This document shows positions 17,377-26,149 of a DNA stretch of 64,000 nucleotides, in pieces. The DNA comes from a virus: UHGV virus genome UHGV-1351333; one strand, written 5' to 3'. The first letter of the stretch is position 1. Each line of letters begins with the position of its first letter. A model generated the notes under the pieces. It saw nothing but the letters and a program-made list of their open reading frames with translations. It did not search any database and was not told where the DNA came from. The translations under genes were made by a program, and so were the position numbers.

Positions 17377-19827
17377 ATGGCATTACGGCGCGTACAGAGA
17401 GGCGAACCTCTGCGTATCGGTCAGATTAACCAATACGCCGAACTTCTTGGCCAAATGACCGGCGGGGGAAAACTCTTCCGGGCCAACAGGACCGGCTACC
17501 AGATGGACCGGGACCTGAACCCCCTGTTCCCGTTCGAGCTGATGGCCCTGGACGCGCAGTCGAGTACCGGAGGAAGCGCAAAAGGCGTGCCGTTGGCGGA
17601 ATCTAAAGACCTGGTCGCTTTTCTTCACCCCGGTTCCGTCACGTTTATCGGTCTGGACGGCATGGCCTCACAGGTGTTTCCCGTCATTAAAAACCCGAAA
17701 TACGCTCCTACGGATTCTCCCGGCGGAGGCAATGAAGATGGGGCCGCGGTCAACACCTGGCCCCGCCCCGGCATCCAGATTGAGCTTGATACGGTGTACG
17801 GCGTTCACCTGTTCGCCAAGCTGGAACGGGTGACGATGCAGATAGGCCGTGACCGGATAATTCAAGTGTCGGTCAAGAAATGGTGCCGTGACCGGACTCC
17901 ATTCATCGGCACGGAAGACGAAATGGACAGTTCCGCTTCGGATGACGAAGATATTATCCGGACGTTCATTCCGTTGTTCCGCCCCACGGAAGACAGCGCA
18001 ATCGAAGGAAACGTTTATGTGGAAAATCTGCATGAAAGCGATTTGATTCTGCCGGATATTCCGCTTGAAGGCGGATCGTCTTCATCTTCGGCGTCCTCTT
18101 CCTCGTCTTCCAGCAGTTCAAGTTCAAGCGGTGGAGTATCGTTCAGCAGCTCTTCATCAAAATCGGAAAGCTCGGAATCCGCGTCTTTTTCTTCCTCGTC
18201 TTCATCGTCAAGAGGCCCGTATATTGACCCGACGCTGATTTCCGTACCGGCGCGGGAAACCGATTCCGGATTCGGCGGCATCTACCGCACGCTGAAAGGC
18301 TTTAACTTCCCGCCCAGCGATGATAAGCCGGGCATGGCGTATATCATCATTTACAGTCCGGTCGAGGCCTGTGATTGGGTAAACTTTTCCACCGCCGGAT
18401 TGGCGGAAACGAAAACGGACCAGCAATGGGAAGGCTATGTCGCCATTGACGATAACGGAAATTGGGATTGCAATGTCATCATCGACGAATTCACAGACCC
18501 TGAAAATACGGGCGCTCACCGATTCAAGGATTTCAAAGTAGGCTACCGGGCAAAAAAACAAAATACGGCTGTCGATATTCTCATTGTTGACCAGTCGCCC
18601 CCGGAAATGTCCTCTTCCTCGTCCTCGTCGGCAGAAAGTTCGTCGTCGGAAGAAAAATATTATTTCCGCTTTGTTCCGAATAACATCACTGTAGACAGCC
18701 GGTGGCAGAAAGTTCAGGGCTATATCCGCACCGATTCCCCCTATGGGTGGAAAATCCCGGAAGATTTTGCAGCGCAGTTTCCTTCCGGAAAATGGGTATC
18801 TATCTCCCCGCTGACCGGGAAGGACCACGACAATTTTGAAGTCACGTTCCAGACGAACGAAGAAGGCGCCTCCCGCGATAATCTGGTGACAGGCTACGCG
18901 CTGACGTCGCGCGGCACGTTGATGCTGACGGCGACCGACACATTAAATGTCACCCAAACCTCGGAAGCTTCTTCTTCCTCATCGAGCAGTTCAAGCAGCT
19001 CGTCAAGTTCAAGTTCTTCTTCGTCTTCCGGTTCGTCGAGTTCATCCCAGGCGGATTGGTTTGAGGTGTTTCCCACGTCGATGGCTTTCGGCGCAGACGG
19101 CAAACCGAAAGATTCCAACAAGGTAAGGTTGCGCGGAACGGTCGAATGGTCAGCTGACACGCAAAGCGCCTGGTGTTCCATGTCTCCCACGTCAGGACCG
19201 GCGCCGGGGGATGCCGGGACGGAAGCCATAATCACCTGCCAGCCTAATGAGGGAGTAAATGGCCGGAGCACGCTCGTCGAGTTTACCGTTAGTTTGAACG
19301 GATCGCCGCAATATTACTATGTCAACGTTATCCAGGAGGGCAACCCTCCCGTGCCTTCATCGGGAAGCGAGTCCTCTTCCTCGGAAGCTTCTTCCGGGGC
19401 CAGCTCGGCCTCGTCAAGCAAGACCGCTATTTTGCCGGTCCGGGGAAAGTTCCTGGGCGTGATGTGCATGGAGTCCCCGGAAACATGGTTTGTGGACTTC
19501 GCCACCGTTCATTTTCCGCTTGGATTGGCGTTAATCGACCGGACGTTCATCGACGTCACCGAACCCGGTTCCATAGCGGTTGTTTCCGCTGTAGATGATA
19601 GGGGCCGCCCCGCGCGGGCATGGCTCCGGCAGGAAGGAAAGTACCTTACCCTGTACGCGAAGCCGCAGGGGTTAAGCCGCGTATTCCGGCCGCAGTCTGT
19701 TATTGTCCAGCTCATCGGCAAGCGTCTGGGCCACCGCGCGCGGTTTCCGGAATTTACGAAAGACCAGTTTATCGCCAATGAAGCGTTTTACGCTAAAGCC
19801 CACCAGCCGGAACCTCCGGAAAAGTAG
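17377..19827 (+). CDS. Tail fibre / receptor-binding protein with two BACON-like domains and four poly-Ser linkers
   Basis: 816 aa. Four Ser-rich linkers. WVSISPLTGKDHDNFEVTFQ...LNVTQ and WCSMSPTSGPAPGDAGTEAIITCQPNEGVNGRSTLVEFTVSLNG...YYVNVIQ match the BACON domain pattern W.S.SP.SG...TV......R.A.IT.. Confidence 0.65.
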   Translation: MALRRVQRGEPLRIGQINQYAELLGQMTGGGKLFRANRTGYQMDRDLNPLFPFELMALDAQSSTGGSAKGVPLAESKDLVAFLHPGSVTFIGLDGMASQVFPVIKNPKYAPTDSPGGGNEDGAAVNTWPRPGIQIELDTVYGVHLFAKLERVTMQIGRDRIIQVSVKKWCRDRTPFIGTEDEMDSSASDDEDIIRTFIPLFRPTEDSAIEGNVYVENLHESDLILPDIPLEGGSSSSSASSSSSSSSSSSSGGVSFSSSSSKSESSESASFSSSSSSSRGPYIDPTLISVPARETDSGFGGIYRTLKGFNFPPSDDKPGMAYIIIYSPVEACDWVNFSTAGLAETKTDQQWEGYVAIDDNGNWDCNVIIDEFTDPENTGAHRFKDFKVGYRAKKQNTAVDILIVDQSPPEMSSSSSSSAESSSSEEKYYFRFVPNNITVDSRWQKVQGYIRTDSPYGWKIPEDFAAQFPSGKWVSISPLTGKDHDNFEVTFQTNEEGASRDNLVTGYALTSRGTLMLTATDTLNVTQTSEASSSSSSSSSSSSSSSSSSSSGSSSSSQADWFEVFPTSMAFGADGKPKDSNKVRLRGTVEWSADTQSAWCSMSPTSGPAPGDAGTEAIITCQPNEGVNGRSTLVEFTVSLNGSPQYYYVNVIQEGNPPVPSSGSESSSSEASSGASSASSSKTAILPVRGKFLGVMCMESPETWFVDFATVHFPLGLALIDRTFIDVTEPGSIAVVSAVDDRGRPARAWLRQEGKYLTLYAKPQGLSRVFRPQSVIVQLIGKRLGHRARFPEFTKDQFIANEAFYAKAHQPEPPEK

Positions 19828-19836
19828 AAAAGTAAA

Positions 19837-20205
19837 TCAGGCCCATATTACGTTTCCGGATTCATCAATATCTACGGCTTTTTTGTGCGCCAGCCGAGCT
19901 TCATTTAATTTCCGGGAGTCCCGGATAACGTCGCCGGTTTCCGGGTATTCCTTGAATACGTTAATATAATTCAATAAACGTTCCTTGTCGGAATATACCA
20001 CGGCCGCATTTACAACATAGAACTTCCCTTTATCATCGTACCGACGGATAACGCTCGTATCCGTGGCGCAACGCCATGTGTCAAAGTCGCGGGTAATATA
20101 AACGCGCTCATGCGCTCTAAGCCATATCATTGTTTCCCTGGCGATAAACTCCGGAACAAGAGTAAAGAGCTGCTCTTTTGTTAAAGTAGTATTGCTTATA
20201 ATCAT
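19837..20205 (-). CDS. Hypothetical protein
   Basis: 122-aa minus-strand ORF driven by an inverted copy of the conserved promoter-leader element. Confidence 0.45.
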   Translation of the reverse strand: MIISNTTLTKEQLFTLVPEFIARETMIWLRAHERVYITRDFDTWRCATDTSVIRRYDDKGKFYVVNAAVVYSDKERLLNYINVFKEYPETGDVIRDSRKLNEARLAHKKAVDIDESGNVIWA

Positions 20206-20330
20206 ATTGACCCGTGGGGTTTCTTAATGAGAAGGTTTTTCCCTCCCTTTGATGAGAACAATTTAACACTATATTTTAAAAATTGCAAGAGAAAAAAGCA
20301 TAAAAATGATTTTTTATTACATCAAATCAA
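20206..20330 (-). promoter_or_regulatory. Inverted copy of promoter-leader element lacking the palindrome
   Basis: The reverse complement contains ...TCTTGCAATTTTTAAAATATAGTGTTAAATTGTTCTCATCAAAGGGAGGGAAAAACCTTCTC upstream of the 19837-20205 minus gene. Confidence 0.55.
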
Positions 20331-20510
20331 TCGGCAGCAAATAATACGCGCATTTAATCAGCACGATGCCCGCCAGCCAGTTAAGAACCGCCATAACCGG
20401 CATTCGGTGCTTGATGCAGGAAAAAGTGCAAAGCATCATTTGAGCGCCAAGAATCGTTATGGCCCCGGAAATTAAAAATTGCAAAAACATCGATTGGCGG
20501 TCAGCGCGTG

Positions 20511-20843
20511 CTAACGTCTTGAAACTTTTATCGCGGAAGGCTCGTATCGGTACACTATTTCCTCGAAACGCTTTTCAGCATCCGCCAGGGTAGTAAGCGT
20601 CCAGCCATAAGTTCCCCAGGAATTGGGGCCCGGAAGATACTCGTCGCCAATCTGGTGGAACTTCGTAGGGGACGTGACCGTTTGAACCCGCATAACTTCA
20701 TAGCTGATTTGTCCGTGTTTTTCCTGCTCATATATAACCACATTTCCCTGCCTTCGGATTAAACGATAATTAAACCCGTATTTCCGGAACTCGGATTTAA
20801 TTTTTCTTGATGGCGAAGTTATCGGCTTATCTTCCATGCTCAT
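20511..20843 (-). CDS. Hypothetical protein
   Basis: 110-aa minus-strand ORF in a three-gene minus operon. Confidence 0.4.
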   Translation of the reverse strand: MSMEDKPITSPSRKIKSEFRKYGFNYRLIRRQGNVVIYEQEKHGQISYEVMRVQTVTSPTKFHQIGDEYLPGPNSWGTYGWTLTTLADAEKRFEEIVYRYEPSAIKVSRR

Positions 20844-20871
20844 ATTATTTTTTTATTAAAAAAATTGTAGT

Positions 20872-21093
20872 TTAACTCCTAAACTTGCGCCTCACCCGGC
20901 GCATTTTCAGCTCCGAAGAAACAGAAGGAGTATTTGACGCTTTTCGCAGTTCCAGCAACTGGTCCACAGTGCGCTGTAGAGCAATTATGCCTTTCTCCAA
21001 TTCCACTTTATTTATCCGGTAATTATCCGCAATCCAGTCTATATTTCTGGACAGGTTGTGCCGGTGTGCGTCTATGTCCTGCCGCGGCTCCAT
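20872..21093 (-). CDS. Hypothetical protein
   Basis: 73-aa minus-strand ORF. Confidence 0.35.
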   Translation of the reverse strand: MEPRQDIDAHRHNLSRNIDWIADNYRINKVELEKGIIALQRTVDQLLELRKASNTPSVSSELKMRRVRRKFRS

Positions 21094-21114
21094 ACATTTA
21101 TTATTAACTTTTAT

Positions 21115-21143
21115 CCTCAGGGGGGGTAATTCCCCCCCCCTCC
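21115..21143. other. G7-TAATT-C9 homopolymer hairpin
   Basis: GGGGGGGTAATTCCCCCCCCC between two minus-strand genes. Confidence 0.5.
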
Positions 21144-21156
21144 CTGGAAGCAGGAA

Positions 21157-21432
21157 TTAACGCAGATTAAAGATGAACTCGTAGCCGCTGGAATACCGGT
21201 CAATATCTACGGATTCCACATCCATGCAGGTCATATCCCGCACAAGCTGTTTCAAATGGCGCAGGGCTTTTCCGCAGCGGGAATCGTCTTCAATATCCTT
21301 GGGGTCCAGTTTTACCATTATTGAAGTTTGAGAGATAAGAGAAGCGCTGCGTACTTCGCTGCTGCAAAAATACTTTTGAAAGTATTTATTGATTTCTGAA
21401 ACTCCGTTTTGCAGTGTGGTTTTAGTATTCAT
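21157..21432 (-). CDS. Hypothetical protein
   Basis: 91-aa minus-strand ORF immediately downstream of the inverted full promoter-leader element. Confidence 0.45.
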   Translation of the reverse strand: MNTKTTLQNGVSEINKYFQKYFCSSEVRSASLISQTSIMVKLDPKDIEDDSRCGKALRHLKQLVRDMTCMDVESVDIDRYSSGYEFIFNLR

Positions 21433-21567
21433 TTTTTTCTAACAGGTTTTTTGTTTTTTTTCTCTCAGGAGCTTTCCTCCCTTTGATGAATGTAATTTAA
21501 CACTATATCTTAAGAATTGCAAGAGAAAAAAGAGTTTTTCACGAAAAAAATTTGCAATCGTTGCAAA
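21433..21567 (-). promoter_or_regulatory. Conserved promoter-leader element, inverted (full copy) driving minus-strand operon
   Basis: The reverse complement of 21465-21567 reads TTTGCAACGATTGCAAA...CTCTTGCAATTCTTAAGATATAGTGTTAAATTACATTCATCAAAGGGAGGAAAGCTCC. Confidence 0.65.
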
Positions 21568-21620
21568 TTCCGAAAATCAATATTGCTCCTAAAAAATCAA
21601 GCAATTATATTGGCAAAGAC

Positions 21621-22673
21621 ATGATAACCTTAAACCATCTTGGAATATCCCACGCGGTCATCATTGCCTTGCCGGAACGCGCTGAACACGTCGCCCGCCT
21701 GAAAAACTCCATGGCCTCCGGGGGCATTGACCCGGAAAACAGCGTTACCCTGCTTCCCGCCTGGAACGGTCGAGAGCTGTTTCCTCCGAAAAGCTGGAAA
21801 GGGACCCGCGGCGCCTGGGGCTGTGTGCAGTCCCATATCCGGGCCTTGCGGCTTGCGGTTAAAAATAATTGGGAGTCAGTGCTCATCCTAGAGGATGACG
21901 CCCTGTTTTGCCGCAACGCCGCCGCCAGATTGCAGACGCTTTTTTCCGCGCTGCCGAAAGACTGGCGCCTGCTCTATCTCGGAGGGCATCACCAAAACTG
22001 GCCGAAGGAGGTCCACGCGGATTATATCCTGGCCTCCGGCATGACGGCCACTCATGCTTATATCGTCAAACGGGAATCTATCCCGTGGCTTATTAAGCAC
22101 ATCGCCTATTATCCCGACTACGAACAGCAGCAATGGGGAGTTGACCAGCAAATCCGGAACGCCGTTTACCGGGGCGACATCCTCCAATACGCCCCGCGCT
22201 GGAATATCGTAGGACAGCAGCGGCAGGAATACAGCACCATTGCCCATTCCAGGGCCGGGAACCGGGAGCGCTGGTGGGAGCATTCTCAAAATGACCAGTT
22301 CCGCCTGCTTCCGCTTCTGCTGCTGCGGGAGCCGCTAACCGTGGAGGACGTTGACGGGCTTGAGGAACTGGTGGACGTCGCCCCCGAAAAAAGCGTCGAA
22401 TGCCTTTTGGAGAAAACAGAAGATATGGCCGGCGCCATCATTGAGGCGCTTTCCTGCAGCGCGCGGGGGGCATTCAGCCATCGGCGCGTCCCTGCCCTGT
22501 ACTATACTGACCGTAAAGCCGCGGACAGGTGCGCCCGCCTATGGTCCGCGGAATGCCTGTTTGCTGATGTTGACGATTCCGAACAAACCAGGAAATCGCT
22601 TATTGCCGCCCTGCGCCGCATTGTCGACTATGCGGAAAATCCGGACATGAACCCGGACGTGAACAATGATTAA
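21621..22673 (+). CDS. Glycosyltransferase family 25-like (LPS glycosyltransferase-like)
   Basis: AVIIALPERAEHVARL...WKGTRGAWGCVQSHIRALRL...VLILEDDALF...WRLLYLGG matches the GT25 pattern VINL.R..dR......WkG..GalGC.lSH......LILEDD...dw.i.yLg. First ATG in ORF 21552-22673. Confidence 0.6.
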   Translation: MITLNHLGISHAVIIALPERAEHVARLKNSMASGGIDPENSVTLLPAWNGRELFPPKSWKGTRGAWGCVQSHIRALRLAVKNNWESVLILEDDALFCRNAAARLQTLFSALPKDWRLLYLGGHHQNWPKEVHADYILASGMTATHAYIVKRESIPWLIKHIAYYPDYEQQQWGVDQQIRNAVYRGDILQYAPRWNIVGQQRQEYSTIAHSRAGNRERWWEHSQNDQFRLLPLLLLREPLTVEDVDGLEELVDVAPEKSVECLLEKTEDMAGAIIEALSCSARGAFSHRRVPALYYTDRKAADRCARLWSAECLFADVDDSEQTRKSLIAALRRIVDYAENPDMNPDVNND

Positions 22674-23733
22674 CTTTCTTCGCTACACTGCTATGGATTA
22701 TTTATTTCCGCATTATTTCGACCGGATTGTCGTCATCAACCTTACTAAAAACCCCGAACGGTTTGCCCGCATTGCCGATGAATTGAAGTATAAATGCCTG
22801 GCGGGGCCTGATGATATTGTCAGGCATGAAGCCGTGCACGGGGATTCCATGCCGCATCCGGCGTGGTACAGGGCCGGAAACGGGGCGTGGGGGTGCTTGT
22901 CCAGCCATATCGAGGCGCTGGAAGACGCCTGGAACACCGGAAGCGAGCACACGCTGATTATCGAGGACGATGCCGTATTCGCCAATGACCTTTTGACGCG
23001 GTTCCCGGAAACCATGAAGGAAGTTCCGAAAGAATACGGGCAGTTGTACCTTGGGGGACAGCACCAGCAGGCCCCGGAGGCCCTCAGCGATACTTTGTGG
23101 CGCGGCACGTCTGTCAATCGGACGCATTGCTACGCCGTTACCCGGAAGTTCATTCCGGAGATTCTCGCCCATATCATGGATTGGGATACCCATATCAAGG
23201 CTGCCGGAAACCCGCTCCACATCGACCACACGCTGGAAATCGGGCATCAGCGCAGATACTGGCCCGTATTTTGCCCCCGGTTCTGGTTTGCCGGTCAGGG
23301 GGAAAACCAATCTGACATCAACGGCAGGCCCCAGCGGGAAATGTGGTGGGAGTACTCCGTGAAACAACAGCATTTAGAGCTTCCTTTGCTTGTGTTACGG
23401 ACCGCCGACATGCCGGAACACGTTAAAGACCTGGCGTTTGTCGGCTGGCCGTCGGATTTGGACGCCCGCGGCGTCAACAGGAAAATCGAAGAGGCTAAAA
23501 AAGACAAGGCTACCCTGTTGCGGGAAATCAGCTGGCTGGCGTATGTAGGATTCCAGCACCACAGCCTTCCGGCGGTTTATCTTCCGGAGCCGGAACCGGT
23601 TTCCGCATTGCAGCGCCTGTGGTCCGGTGAGGTTATCGACACGGCGCATGCGGATGATGCGGATATCCACCGGATGCGCCGCATCCTGGAATTCGCCGAT
23701 AATCCGGAAATGCTGAAATATAGATTCCGGTAG
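22666..23733 (+). CDS. Glycosyltransferase family 25-like, tandem paralogue
   Basis: RIVVINLTKNPERFARI...AWYRAGNGAWGCLSSHIEALE...LIIEDDAVF...GQLYLGG. Same domain order and similar C-terminal tail (ADNPEML vs AENPDMN) as the upstream gene. Confidence 0.6.
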   Translation: MINFLRYTAMDYLFPHYFDRIVVINLTKNPERFARIADELKYKCLAGPDDIVRHEAVHGDSMPHPAWYRAGNGAWGCLSSHIEALEDAWNTGSEHTLIIEDDAVFANDLLTRFPETMKEVPKEYGQLYLGGQHQQAPEALSDTLWRGTSVNRTHCYAVTRKFIPEILAHIMDWDTHIKAAGNPLHIDHTLEIGHQRRYWPVFCPRFWFAGQGENQSDINGRPQREMWWEYSVKQQHLELPLLVLRTADMPEHVKDLAFVGWPSDLDARGVNRKIEEAKKDKATLLREISWLAYVGFQHHSLPAVYLPEPEPVSALQRLWSGEVIDTAHADDADIHRMRRILEFADNPEMLKYRFR

Positions 23734-23770
23734 ATTGACGGTTTTTTCCGGCGCAAGTATCATGGCAGGC

Positions 23771-24379
23771 ATGAAACGATTACGTTTGATGCCTGTTTTT
23801 TTTATTATTGCCGGATGCGCCCAGCAGAATCAGGCGCCGTCCATTACAACGCCGGTTCCGGAGCCGGTCGTAGAAAAAACAGTCGTCCGGCCTGTGGCGG
23901 CGTCAACGGTCGAATGCGCGGCTACCGTTAAGGATGCGGCCAATGCCGTGCAGAACAGCATTACGGCCATCGTCTCCACGATACGGCAGGCGGAAACCGC
24001 CGCGCAAGAACAGCAAATCCCCGGCTGGGCAACATGGCTGTCCGAACTGGCGAATCAGGCCGGAAACGCGGATAAGCAGGCTGCCGTGCTGATGGACCGC
24101 TCTGACAATATGACCAAAAAAGCAGCCGCCTTGTCCGAAACGTGCGAGCAGCTGGCGGAAGAACGGGACACGGCAGTTAAAGCCGCGCAGGAATCCAGGG
24201 ACGCGGCAGCGGCAATCAAGGCGGAAGCCGCGGAAGTCAAAGCCGATGCCCAGGCCCGCCTGTCCTCCATGACGGATGAGCGTTCCTGGTGGCGGAAATG
24301 CGCTTTATGCACCTGGGCCGGCATAGCTGTTTTTTGTCTGGCGTGGCTCGGAATCCGACTGGCGAGGGCTGCCGGATAA
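23771..24379 (+). CDS. Unimolecular spanin candidate (N-terminal lipoprotein signal, C-terminal TM)
   Basis: MKRLRLMPVFFIIAGC has a lipobox, followed by a coiled-coil middle and a C-terminal hydrophobic segment WAGIAVFCLAWLGI. Lies upstream of the holin-endolysin pair. Confidence 0.35.
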   Translation: MKRLRLMPVFFIIAGCAQQNQAPSITTPVPEPVVEKTVVRPVAASTVECAATVKDAANAVQNSITAIVSTIRQAETAAQEQQIPGWATWLSELANQAGNADKQAAVLMDRSDNMTKKAAALSETCEQLAEERDTAVKAAQESRDAAAAIKAEAAEVKADAQARLSSMTDERSWWRKCALCTWAGIAVFCLAWLGIRLARAAG

Positions 24380-24395
24380 CAAAAATTTTCCTCAA

Positions 24396-24412
24396 TTTGC
24401 AATCATTGCAAA
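24396..24412. promoter_or_regulatory. 7-3-7 inverted repeat TTTGCAATCATTGCAAA
   Basis: Directly after the spanin-candidate stop, at the left edge of the AT-rich iteron region. Confidence 0.7.
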
Positions 24413-24505
24413 CCGGAAAAACCGGAGATTCAGGACCGTAATCCTACGGTCTTTTTTATTTGTCAATACTGTTTTTTACGCTTTTATAACTTATTAAACC
24501 TCATA

Positions 24506-24852
24506 CAGTTATAAATAATATGCACTGAGAAATCGCTAGTTTATTCATTTGTTATTCACTATTAACGAGTTATAAATAATTTGCACTTTTGAAAGTTCAG
24601 GGCATTCATAAGTATTTGCGTATCAGGCAGTTATAAACGCGATAAACCTGGAAAAACACGCTAAATTCTCATTTTACGTAAATATAACCGGCTAAGCTTC
24701 ATGCAGTTATAGATATTATGCCCTTTCACCGAAGTGCATTTATTTTGTAAATTACTGAAAGTGAAAGGGTTATAACTGCGGCCAAAGCGCGGAAACCTCA
24801 ATTTTTGCCTTTATAAGTGGCTGAACTGCATTTAGTTATAAATAATTTGCAC
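24506..24852. repeat. Iteron array (consensus CAGTTATAAATAAT[AT]TGCAC) in AT-rich non-coding region
   Basis: Direct copies at 24506, 24567, 24628 (degenerate) and 24704, with 61, 61 and 76 bp spacing. Inverted partial copy at 24779-24788. Best copy at 24834-24852. Confidence 0.7.
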
Positions 24853-25052
24853 TCTGAGAGTGCATTAATATAAATATATAATAATATTCGTTCCTCATAT
24901 TATTATACATTTACATTTCCCGTCCTGACCTAAAGGTCAGTACGTCGCCTGGGCTGTTCCGCCCAGGCACTCTGGGACAGGGACAGAGAGAGGGTTCCAG
25001 CCTGTGAAATTTCCGCTACTGTTCCGGCGGATTTCATGTTACGGTTCCGGAG

Positions 25053-25403
25053 ATGAAAAACCTTCCGCAAATCATCAAGGACAGTTGGCGCGATATTATC
25101 GCTTTTTTGTTCATCGGAATTTTCCTTTCCGTCGGGGTGGAATATCTGATTCGGCTTTCGGTCATCATGGATGTTACCGGGGCAGCTTCCTTCATCGCCT
25201 TGTTGCAGGGCTTCACCAAGTTTGCCGGGGCCAATCTCTGCGCATGGCTGCTGGGAGCCAATGTGGCCTTCCCGTATATTTCCCGTTGGGCCAGATTCGA
25301 CTTCAATGCGACCTGGCGCACGATGGAGGGGTTCCGGAAAGTCCAATGCTTCCTCGCGGTTGCCATCGGGGAATTGCTCATGGCCGCCATCTGCTTTGCC
25401 TGA
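25053..25403 (+). CDS. Holin candidate
   Basis: 116 aa with about three hydrophobic segments. Ends 10 nt before the lysozyme gene. Confidence 0.4.
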   Translation: MKNLPQIIKDSWRDIIAFLFIGIFLSVGVEYLIRLSVIMDVTGAASFIALLQGFTKFAGANLCAWLLGANVAFPYISRWARFDFNATWRTMEGFRKVQCFLAVAIGELLMAAICFA

Positions 25404-25412
25404 TACCGCCCC

Positions 25413-26105
25413 ATGAACGGTCAGAGTTTAATTGGTTTGGCCCTTGCGACCCTGTCCGCGTTTTTCGCCTGCGGGGATATGCCGGCTTCCGGTCTGGTCC
25501 TAAGTGACCGGGCCGTAGATATGATTATCCGGTACGAGACCGGAGGGAAGGCGTACTACGTGAAAAAGCTCGTTCGGCCTACATGGCCCGGAGGGGATAG
25601 CGGAGTGACCATCGGCATTGGTTACGACTTGGGATATTACTCGTCGGCGCAAATCCGTTCCGACTGGTCCTCCCTGCCGGAAAAAGACCTCCGGCTGCTC
25701 TGCACCGTAGCCGGATTGAAGCGTCAGGCCGCCCGTGCGTCTGTTAGCCGGGTGCGGTCTGTCACGGTTCCGTGGGAGTTGGCGTTGGACGTGTACCGAA
25801 AAAAGACGATTCCCGCCTATGCGTCCACGACTAAAACTGCGTTTCAGGGGCTGACCTTAACTCATCCCCATGTGCAGGGGGCTATGGTGTCTTTGGTGTA
25901 TAATCGGGGCGCTTCCATGTCAGGGGCCAGCCGGAAAGAGATGCGGGACTGCCGGGATGACATTAAAGCCGGGCAGGTGAAGCGGGTTCCCGCCCATATC
26001 CGAAGCATGAAACGGCTTTGGATTGGGAAGGGCCTGAATGGGCTGTTAATCCGCCGGGAAGAAGAAGCCTGCCTGGTTGAACTGGGGCTGAAAGAAAAAA
26101 ATTGA
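25413..26105 (+). CDS. Endolysin, phage-lysozyme-like, possible SAR type
   Basis: IRYETGGKAYY...GVTIGIGYD fits the phage lysozyme E...D...TIG.G pattern. N-terminal Ala/Gly/Leu-rich weakly hydrophobic segment SLIGLALATLSAFFACG is compatible with a signal-anchor-release domain. Confidence 0.6.
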   Translation: MNGQSLIGLALATLSAFFACGDMPASGLVLSDRAVDMIIRYETGGKAYYVKKLVRPTWPGGDSGVTIGIGYDLGYYSSAQIRSDWSSLPEKDLRLLCTVAGLKRQAARASVSRVRSVTVPWELALDVYRKKTIPAYASTTKTAFQGLTLTHPHVQGAMVSLVYNRGASMSGASRKEMRDCRDDIKAGQVKRVPAHIRSMKRLWIGKGLNGLLIRREEEACLVELGLKEKN

Positions 26106-26149
26106 TAAAATGTCTTGCAATTTTTTTGTGTTGTGGGTATAGTTTTCTC

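Noticed and set aside
18052-19420. Tandem short repeats that could be mistaken for a CRISPR array or VNTR
   Set aside because: They are Ser-codon runs inside a long intact ORF. There are no regular repeat-spacer units.
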